From the IMG/VR virus record IMGVR_UViG_3300042561_000621: a stretch of DNA of 64,000 nucleotides; one strand, 5' to 3'. How positions within the stretch are numbered: position 1 is the first letter of the stretch; each line of letters begins with the position of its first letter. The notes under the pieces are model-generated. The model worked only from the letters and a program-made list of their open reading frames with translations, searched no databases and was not told the origin of the DNA. The translations under genes and the position numbers were made by a program. This DNA is from a virus (taxonomy: Duplodnaviria > Heunggongvirae > Uroviricota > Caudoviricetes). Of this stretch, positions 57,206 through 64,000 are shown piece after piece.

Positions 57206-57820
57206 TTAATTAATAGCTTTCCAATCTTCAACCTTTTTAACTAAATCTTCAATAAGAATATCTTCCTCTCTTAGAATAGTTTTTAGATCATTTTTAATAT
57301 TCTTCCAAGAGTTATACATACCACTTTTAATAGCAATTGCACTAAGAAAGAAACAACCTGATAATACATAATTTAAGCCAAAGAAGAAGTAACTAGTATA
57401 AGCAATATATGTAAATAAAACAATATAAATTTTTAACAAAGTACTAGTTAAAAACTTATAAAAACCTTTTAAATTGCCACCATTAATCTGACTTAAAAGA
57501 TATTTATAATCACCTTTTTTAATACTTTCTTTTACAGTATTAGTAAAATAATTACCTTCACCACCATATACAACACTCATTGACAGTATAATAATTATTA
57601 CTACAGGCCAAGTAATAACTTGTTGTATAAATATTAGAAAGGGATAATTAAAATAAAAAGGTAAAGCAAGTATTGATATACAAGTTGTACCTCCAATGAG
57701 TGATTTAATTGTCTTTATATTAATACTTTCTTTATCTTTAGCAAAATTACTAAGTTCTAGAAAATAGAAGTCGTAATCATAAGGATTATCAGACATGTTT
57801 GAATAGTCTCCATTAGACAT
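57206..57820 (-). CDS. integral membrane protein (about 4 TM)
   Basis: Hydrophobic helices throughout. Confidence 0.45.
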   Translation of the reverse strand: MSNGDYSNMSDNPYDYDFYFLELSNFAKDKESINIKTIKSLIGGTTCISILALPFYFNYPFLIFIQQVITWPVVIIIILSMSVVYGGEGNYFTNTVKESIKKGDYKYLLSQINGGNLKGFYKFLTSTLLKIYIVLFTYIAYTSYFFFGLNYVLSGCFFLSAIAIKSGMYNSWKNIKNDLKTILREEDILIEDLVKKVEDWKAIN

Positions 57821-57872
57821 AACATTTACCTTTAAATTTACAAATTAATTAATTTAATTAAACATAAGTTAT

Positions 57873-57922
57873 AAAAGATGTAATATAAAAGTATAAATTA
57901 ATAGCTTTATATTACATCTTTT
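57873..57922 (-). terminator. long-stem hairpin (about 18 bp), probable terminator
   Basis: aaaagatgtaatataaaag ... ctttatattacatctttt. Confidence 0.5.
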
Positions 57923-57948
57923 ATATTCTTTAATAGTTAATACAAGAA

Positions 57949-58302
57949 TTATTCTTTAGAAACTTCAATAAATAAATCTTCATCAATAGCATATTGTAAA
58001 TTCTGCACAATTAAATCTAAAGAAGCACCTTTTAAATTAACCTCTTTATTCTTATAACTTGCAGTTGCATTTAAGTTTGAATCCCAATTATCATAGCCAA
58101 AATCACTAATAGTATAATCACCAATAGTAATTACTAAATCATTTTTAATAGTATCAAGCTTAAGAGGTAATTGATAGATTTGCCTTCCAATCTTACTTAG
58201 TTTATAAACTAATTCTTGTTTAAAAAGATAGATATAATCAATTACATCTTGTTTTTTAATAGCTTTAATTTTATTAATAAGATTAGTTTTCAATGTATTC
58301 AT
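57949..58302 (-). CDS. hypothetical protein (117 aa)
   Basis: ORF. Confidence 0.4.
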   Translation of the reverse strand: MNTLKTNLINKIKAIKKQDVIDYIYLFKQELVYKLSKIGRQIYQLPLKLDTIKNDLVITIGDYTISDFGYDNWDSNLNATASYKNKEVNLKGASLDLIVQNLQYAIDEDLFIEVSKE

Positions 58303-58516
58303 ATTTACTCCAATTTTGTATTACATAATTTAAGAATGCTGATACATTACTATCATTATAATAAGGATCAATACTATTTAATTGTCCTCTAATATCCTTA
58401 GCTAAATTAGGACTGTAATCACATAAGGTATTAAACATATGTTGTCCAATTCTAATAGAAGGATGTCTTGTTTGAAGAGCAATTAGATAGTTGATAAATG
58501 ATTCAGATGTTGTCAT
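58283..58516 (-). CDS. hypothetical protein (77 aa)
   Basis: ORF. Confidence 0.35.
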   Translation of the reverse strand: MTTSESFINYLIALQTRHPSIRIGQHMFNTLCDYSPNLAKDIRGQLNSIDPYYNDSNVSAFLNYVIQNWSKYEYIEN

Positions 58517-58523
58517 ATTAATA

Positions 58524-59168
58524 CTACTTACTACTTAGAACTTTAGCTTTTAAAGCAGTATAAGAATACTTACCTACACAATGTAATCTACATAATCTAT
58601 GCATTTCAGCTTGACTAAACTTAGCTACAAACATAGTATAAGTGGCAGTTGGATTAGCTTTAATCCATTCAGTAGAGTTAGTATTAGCAGTAGTTACATT
58701 TAATACAGTATTAACAGGATTAAACATAAATCTAACATTAGTTTCTTTATTGAATGTTGGTTTAAACTTAGCTCTATAAGCAGTAACAGCATGTACATAC
58801 TTACTAGCATTCTCATGTGCAACTACATATACAGTTGCTGGCTTCATACTTTGAAAACTATTTGCTAAACCACAAACATAATGATAAATATGATTAGTTT
58901 GACCAATATAAAGTACTACATTATTACTATCAACTAGAAACAACATAGCAGAGATGTGAGATAGATTACTATTAGTAAGTACAAGATGCCAATTATTATC
59001 AGATGGAATGTCAATCTTATAAACATTGGCTTCTTTGTGATTATCTAATAAAAACTGTTGAATATTAAAGTCACTCTTCTTAGTCTTCTTAGTAGACTTA
59101 GCAGGCATCTTAGGAAGAATTACAGAGGAAGTAGAAACAGTCTTTTTAGCAGAATTAATTACAGGCAT
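58524..59168 (-). CDS. hypothetical protein; weak T5orf172/GIY-YIG-like segment (VVLYIGQTNHI)
   Basis: 214-aa ORF; the motif resemblance is weak. Confidence 0.35.
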   Translation of the reverse strand: MPVINSAKKTVSTSSVILPKMPAKSTKKTKKSDFNIQQFLLDNHKEANVYKIDIPSDNNWHLVLTNSNLSHISAMLFLVDSNNVVLYIGQTNHIYHYVCGLANSFQSMKPATVYVVAHENASKYVHAVTAYRAKFKPTFNKETNVRFMFNPVNTVLNVTTANTNSTEWIKANPTATYTMFVAKFSQAEMHRLCRLHCVGKYSYTALKAKVLSSK

Positions 59169-59211
59169 ATTGTTCTCTTTACAGATTAATTATTTAATGT
59201 TTATTGTTGTA

Positions 59212-59228
59212 ATATATATATATATATA
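59212..59228. repeat. (AT)8-9 dinucleotide repeat
   Basis: Read directly from sequence. Confidence 0.8.
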
Positions 59229-59231
59229 AAC

Positions 59232-59277
59232 AAAGTAAAAGCATGTTGTAACTATAACTACAACATGCTTTTACTTT
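59232..59277 (-). terminator. rho-independent terminator with 19-bp perfect stem
   Basis: aaagtaaaagcatgttgta ... tacaacatgcttttacttt, followed on the minus strand by an A/U-rich tract. Confidence 0.65.
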
Positions 59278-59301
59278 ATTATAAATTGTGTTTATTGTTA
59301 G

Positions 59302-59922
59302 TTATAAGAATAACCTAACAAAGGTTTTTAGTTCTGGGGGAGCAGACTTATTAAAGTCAGAACCAACTCTATCAATTAACTTATCAATAGATTTGTATAA
59401 CTCCTCATAAGTTTCTTCATTAGTTGTTGGTTTATTACTTATAACATAACTAAAGTTAGTTAGAATTAGGGCCACCTTATAATCCTGATCATTAAAAGTT
59501 GGAGTCTTAATATTAGCAGTTACAGTTACTGTTCTAGCAAGATGATTAATCTTAGTTTCAGTGATAGTCAAACCATGTTTATACTTATCTTCTTTGTATT
59601 TATCATAGACAGCATTATGAGCAATGTTAATTGAGTTTAAATTAGTATAAGGCTTTTCAATTGTAATAGTTTCAGTCTTATACTGTTTACTATTAACTGT
59701 TGTAGTGCCAAGCAAAAACTCAAAACCTAATGCTTTAACTTGTTCTTGAATAAACTCTTTAGTAATTGCACTAGTTGTAATAGTGCCTTCTTTTGCATTG
59801 TAAGTATAATCAGAAGGTGCTAAACCGAGGACACTAATTACCTTATTGATTACTTGTAAATCATCACCAACTTTAAATTTAAATTGTTGATTACTATTGT
59901 TTGTTGTTTGTGTTGTTGTCAT
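59302..59922 (-). CDS. hypothetical protein (206 aa)
   Basis: ORF. Confidence 0.45.
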   Translation of the reverse strand: MTTTQTTNNSNQQFKFKVGDDLQVINKVISVLGLAPSDYTYNAKEGTITTSAITKEFIQEQVKALGFEFLLGTTTVNSKQYKTETITIEKPYTNLNSINIAHNAVYDKYKEDKYKHGLTITETKINHLARTVTVTANIKTPTFNDQDYKVALILTNFSYVISNKPTTNEETYEELYKSIDKLIDRVGSDFNKSAPPELKTFVRLFL

Positions 59923-59980
59923 ATTTGTTATATGTTTAATACTGTATTTATGTGGTTAATATAAACTAAATAAGATTAAA

Positions 59981-60030
59981 TATAAAGAGGGTTAATACTA
60001 TATTTAATTGTAGTATTAACCCTCTTTATA
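59981..60030 (-). terminator. rho-independent terminator with 20-bp perfect stem
   Basis: tataaagagggttaatacta ... tagtattaaccctctttata, 7 nt after the stop of gene 60037..61233. Confidence 0.65.
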
Positions 60031-60036
60031 TAATAA

Positions 60037-61233
60037 TTATAGACTTTTTAAAAAGTCTTTTAACTTTTGTATCTCATCTTCTGTAAAAACCAAGTCTTTA
60101 TGAGGATAATAAGACTTATCCTTTCTAATTTGTAGCTCATGATAGGCTTTTGTTTCAGCTATTAATTCATCAACATTATTGGGAATATCAGTAATAAATT
60201 CAGCAATATCCTCCTCATTAACTTTTGATTTATTTAAAATAACTTCATGCATTTCAAATGATGTTGATAATTCTTTATCATATATCTTATCACCTGTTTC
60301 AACTATAGGATATTTTGGCTCTGGTTCTGGTAATGTTTCAGTTGCAAAGTCAGCAATATCTTCTTCATTAATAGAAGAAGTTGATTCAATATCACCATCT
60401 TTATTACTAATATCTTCTAATACTTGAGTAATATTAACAGAACTTTCTAATAACTCTAAAGTATCATCATTAACCACAGGATATTGATAACTGATAATTC
60501 TTTCAATTAATTTATCATAACCCCCAGTGTTTATAGCAGAATGTCTACAAGAATCAAACCTATCAACTATAATACAAGATTTAATAATAGCGGCTATATC
60601 ATCTGTATAAGTCTTATGTTTGGCACTTTGTCTACCAGTGATTGTAATAGTATTAACATAATTATAAAGATATTTCTCATCAGTATTAATACCAACATAG
60701 GTAATATCATCCTCATGTAATTTATTATCTATTAAGAATTTTAATTGACTATCTAATAGATTTTGTATTGTGGGTCTTTTATCAAAATGATAAGTTTTAG
60801 TAAATGTATTAGTTCTATTTTCTAATTCAATTACCTCTTTAGCACTTTCAATAATCTCTTTAGTTAACTTATTAGAGGTAATAACAAAGTGATTACTTGG
60901 ATACGTAACATACTCATGAAGCTCTAATCCTAAAGGTTCAAAGACTTTAAGTAAATCCTTATAATTTGTATGTGGAGCTACATTTAAATCAAAGATAAAA
61001 CCTTTATTATCTTTTCTAGGATGAAATAAACTAGTACTATAAGCTTCAATTGTAATAGTTTTAGTCTCATAATCAATTAATGTTCTAGTTATTAAATTGT
61101 TATTATCTAACAAGTGGCCATACTTCTCTACAAATTCAGCTTCAGCTTGAGTAATATCTACATGATTAATTACATGTTTAAAGTTATAAGTTTGTGTAAG
61201 ATGTTCAGGTTTATTTTTTATCTGTACTGTCAT
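60037..61233 (-). CDS. hypothetical protein (398 aa)
   Basis: ORF. Confidence 0.5.
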   Translation of the reverse strand: MTVQIKNKPEHLTQTYNFKHVINHVDITQAEAEFVEKYGHLLDNNNLITRTLIDYETKTITIEAYSTSLFHPRKDNKGFIFDLNVAPHTNYKDLLKVFEPLGLELHEYVTYPSNHFVITSNKLTKEIIESAKEVIELENRTNTFTKTYHFDKRPTIQNLLDSQLKFLIDNKLHEDDITYVGINTDEKYLYNYVNTITITGRQSAKHKTYTDDIAAIIKSCIIVDRFDSCRHSAINTGGYDKLIERIISYQYPVVNDDTLELLESSVNITQVLEDISNKDGDIESTSSINEEDIADFATETLPEPEPKYPIVETGDKIYDKELSTSFEMHEVILNKSKVNEEDIAEFITDIPNNVDELIAETKAYHELQIRKDKSYYPHKDLVFTEDEIQKLKDFLKSL

Positions 61234-61336
61234 ATTTGTATAGTAAATAATTTACTTAATATTCAAACTTAAATTTTTATTACTTCTTATTTCCTATATA
61301 ATATAGATATACAAATACAAGACAAGAAAAGAAAAC

Positions 61337-62374
61337 ATGTCAATTACTACATATAACTTTTATAACAAAGATTGGTTCATTGCTGCTGATGTTGTTAAGC
61401 ATTATAAATTATCTTCTAATTACAATACATACTATTCTAAATTCTATTCTAATGGTAGATTATTTGGCCCTGTGACCTCATATGAGTTTAGACTGTCAGA
61501 ATCATACTTAGAAGAGTTTAAGAGTCTTTATGGAGCTAATAATGCCTCATTAAATAAGACTAGTGCTGTATGGTTAATAGATGAAGAAACAGTTAGAAAG
61601 TTACTTAATAAAGATATTATTAATAGTAAAGATAAAACTGTTAAAACAGTAGAGAGTAATGCTTTATCAGTTAGATATAATCTTGGTGTTGATAAAACAT
61701 TTGAAGAGTTAAAGATTAAACATGTGGTAGATAATAAAGGTAATACACAAGTAGTAACACCAAAAGCTGAACCTGAATATATAGTTAATCCCTTATTTAT
61801 TAATTCTAATAATGTTGTAGTTGATAGTAATAATCATCCTCAATCTGATCAACTATTACCTAAACAAGAATATAAATCATCTAAAGAATTTATTAATATA
61901 TCTTATTCAAAGTACTCAGAAGAAGAGATTAGTGATTGTATTACATTACTTAGTAGTAAGTTAACTAACACGCCATATCAACAAGAGAAGTTATTAGAAG
62001 GTGGTTCTATTAGATTAGATTTATTCTCTTGCACTAGAAGATCTATCTATGCAATTGAGTTAAAAAAAGGACTTATTACATTAGATATGATAAAGGAGAA
62101 GTTAGAGACAAAACATTATCTAACATCTATTATGAATGCCTATCCAGACTTGAATATCACCTTTATCTTTTCATCACCAACGGGCATTACATGGGAAGGA
62201 TTTTTATACTTACAAGAAGCAAGTAAAAGTGTTGGGCCACACAAGATTATATATAGACCATGTAGTAACTTAATCCTTGACATGATTAATAAAAAGGAGA
62301 AAGAACTACCTTCCTACTACTATAAACAAATACTTGACAAGCCTATTATTAAATATCTTTTACAAGTGAATTAA
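61337..62374 (+). CDS. hypothetical protein; possible Bro-N/KilA-N-like N-terminal domain
   Basis: YNFYNKDWFIAADVVKHYKLSSN weakly resembles the Bro-N/KilA-N DNA-binding module. Confidence 0.4.
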   Translation: MSITTYNFYNKDWFIAADVVKHYKLSSNYNTYYSKFYSNGRLFGPVTSYEFRLSESYLEEFKSLYGANNASLNKTSAVWLIDEETVRKLLNKDIINSKDKTVKTVESNALSVRYNLGVDKTFEELKIKHVVDNKGNTQVVTPKAEPEYIVNPLFINSNNVVVDSNNHPQSDQLLPKQEYKSSKEFINISYSKYSEEEISDCITLLSSKLTNTPYQQEKLLEGGSIRLDLFSCTRRSIYAIELKKGLITLDMIKEKLETKHYLTSIMNAYPDLNITFIFSSPTGITWEGFLYLQEASKSVGPHKIIYRPCSNLILDMINKKEKELPSYYYKQILDKPIIKYLLQVN

Positions 62375-62403
62375 TAGTAGTTATATAGTTATATACAAGA
62401 TTT

Positions 62404-62430
62404 AAAAGGCTCAATTAAGAGCCTTTTTTA
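62404..62430 (+). terminator. rho-independent terminator
   Basis: aaaaggctc / gagcctttt stem followed by a T-run, 30 nt after the gene stop. Confidence 0.6.
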
Positions 62431-62497
62431 ATGTATACAATTATCTAATTAAACCTATTAATGTAATAACATTAACTATTACAATTAACTATATAAC

Positions 62498-62650
62498 ATG
62501 GCTGCTAAACAAGGTTTATACTCTAACATTAAAGCAAAACGAGATAGGATTAAAGCTGGTTCTGGTGAAAAGATGAGAGCAGTTGGATCTAAAGGAGCAC
62601 CAACTAAAGCAAACTTTAAACAAGCAGCTAAAACTGCTAAGAAGAAGTAA
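62498..62650 (+). CDS. small basic protein (50 aa, MAAKQGLYSNIKAKRDRIKAGSGEKMRAVGSKGAPTKANFKQAAKTAKKK)
   Basis: ATG/TAA ORF with markedly GC3-richer, highly-expressed-like codon usage (gct, ggt, aaa). A hairpin (aagaagaagtaata/tattacttcttctt) overlaps its stop codon. Below the ORF-track cutoff. Confidence 0.45.
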   Translation: MAAKQGLYSNIKAKRDRIKAGSGEKMRAVGSKGAPTKANFKQAAKTAKKK

Positions 62651-62677
62651 TATTATTACTTCTTCTTATAGTTATTA

Positions 62678-63430
62678 TTATAGCCAGCCAACATGTTTTA
62701 AAACACTATTGTTTCTAGTATCATTTACATTAAGAATAAACAATACAGTAATATAATTGTTACCATTTTCTTGTTTATTCTTAATAATTCCTTTAATTGG
62801 AACTTCATTATTATCATCATCTAATCTATAATTAATCCATCTTATATTAGACTTTGTAATATAGAAATCAATAAATGATGCAGGTGCTCTAACAACTAAA
62901 ATACTTTCTACTTGTTGAGACTTAATAGATTCATTTGAAGCATCAGGATGAGCTAACTTATACTCTTTAATATACTTATCTTCAACAGTTAATACTTCTT
63001 TAATAGTATTAATTTGTTCTGAAGTTAAGTCTTTGGTATAATTACTCTTTAAGTCTTTAAAAGATGTATAGAAGTTAATAGAAACATTAGTATTATTACT
63101 AATACTTTTAAACTTTAAAGCCTTTTGTTTACTTAAATTGTTTTCATTATAAGCAATATAAGTATACTGTAACCCTTCCTTATTTAAACTAACAAGCCAC
63201 TGTTTAAACTCCTCTAAAGAATAACACCAATGATTAACTTGAAGAGGATCATTTATAGCTTCATCATAACTTTGTGTATCATTAACTGTAGTATATAAAA
63301 CACTATATAATACCTTAATATCTTTACCAAATTTACTAATTAGCTGTAGTTTTGTCTCTTCTGTTGATCCTTCAAAAAGAATAACATTATCATTGTTTAA
63401 TACTCTTACATTTCTTTTAAAGTTAGTCAT
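62678..63430 (-). CDS. hypothetical protein (250 aa)
   Basis: ORF. Confidence 0.45.
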   Translation of the reverse strand: MTNFKRNVRVLNNDNVILFEGSTEETKLQLISKFGKDIKVLYSVLYTTVNDTQSYDEAINDPLQVNHWCYSLEEFKQWLVSLNKEGLQYTYIAYNENNLSKQKALKFKSISNNTNVSINFYTSFKDLKSNYTKDLTSEQINTIKEVLTVEDKYIKEYKLAHPDASNESIKSQQVESILVVRAPASFIDFYITKSNIRWINYRLDDDNNEVPIKGIIKNKQENGNNYITVLFILNVNDTRNNSVLKHVGWL

Positions 63431-63444
63431 ATATTTATACTTAA

Positions 63445-63789
63445 TTAATTTTTACTCTTTAGTTTGATTGATTGTTTACTATTATTAACAATAATAAGCC
63501 ATTCATTCTTATATTCATCATAAAGACAAGTAAGATTACTTATCTCTACTATTGTTCTTTTATAAGGAGATATAAAAGATTTAGTAGTTTGACCTGATTT
63601 TAGTAAATCAAGCCAAGTATTAATAGATGTAAAGTCTTTAACATTAGTACTAATGTCTAGATTATTTACAGCTTCTATAATACTATTTCCAATTTCATAT
63701 AGAATGTTTGAATTATAATATTCAATTCTATATAACTTTCTCCCTTTTTTTGTATCTTTATTCTTTAGTTTATTAGTTAATTGGGCCAT
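63445..63789 (-). CDS. hypothetical protein (114 aa)
   Basis: ORF. Confidence 0.4.
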   Translation of the reverse strand: MAQLTNKLKNKDTKKGRKLYRIEYYNSNILYEIGNSIIEAVNNLDISTNVKDFTSINTWLDLLKSGQTTKSFISPYKRTIVEISNLTCLYDEYKNEWLIIVNNSKQSIKLKSKN

Positions 63790-64000
63790 TAGATTTCACT
63801 ATTAAGTAAGTTTATAAAGACAGATAAACATAAACCCACTAAACTTATAATTCCAATAATAAAACATAAAACTATTAATGCTAAATACATATGTATTTAC
63901 CTCTTTTTATCTTGTGATTATATATATAGTTTAACTAAACTATATACAAATAAAATTAGAAAGGCCAATGGTATTGTTAGATTAATAATTAAATTAAAAA

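Overview
This AT-rich window (roughly 27-30% GC, standard genetic code, TAA the dominant stop) is densely packed with overlapping genes, almost all on the minus strand. It reads as part of a large tailed dsDNA phage-like virus of a low-GC host. That identity is inferred from gene content only; no taxonomic assignment is possible from sequence alone.

The supportable gene content falls into five groups:
- **Replication and recombination:** a family-A DNA polymerase with 3'-5' exonuclease (about 3773-5623 plus two short downstream exons), a RecA/UvsX-like recombinase, a possible sliding clamp, an Hjc-like resolvase, a DEDDh exonuclease, a DprA-like protein, and a GyrB-like GHKL ATPase.
- **Virion and tail genes:** a tail-collar-domain protein, two paralogous tail-fibre-like genes, and a 41-aa-repeat protein.
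- **Lysis:** a virion-type GH19 lysin, an RlpA-like DPBB enzyme, and a holin-like two-TM peptide.
- **RNA and translation maintenance:** an Rnl2/5-like RNA ligase and a peptidyl-tRNA hydrolase.
- **Accessory genes:** a MoxR AAA+ ATPase paired with a VWA/zinc-metallopeptidase protein, an SPFH/band-7 protein inside a membrane-protein cluster, a HigA-like HTH protein, and an XRE-type regulator.

The most striking property is the density of self-splicing or selfish elements:
- The polymerase gene is cut by two ORF-less group-I-like introns around a 129-nt micro-exon.
- The GH19 lysin gene carries an ORF-less group I intron.
- Two further genes are interrupted by LAGLIDADG-bearing introns, one of which holds a second, frameshifted endonuclease gene.
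- Two GIY-YIG endonucleases are present, one with four AP2-like repeats.
- The tail-collar structural protein carries a 158-aa mini-intein.

Other points worth a second look:
- a tandem array of five diverged paralogs ending in a conserved LQL(V/I)xAKWDDWN tail;
- a macro-domain gene broken by a single in-frame TGA;
- a 495-nt ORF-free structured region;
- several unannotated genes under 60 aa (a lipoprotein, a zinc ribbon, basic peptides);
- long perfect-stem terminators and microsatellites.

I found no rRNA, convincing tRNA or CRISPR array.
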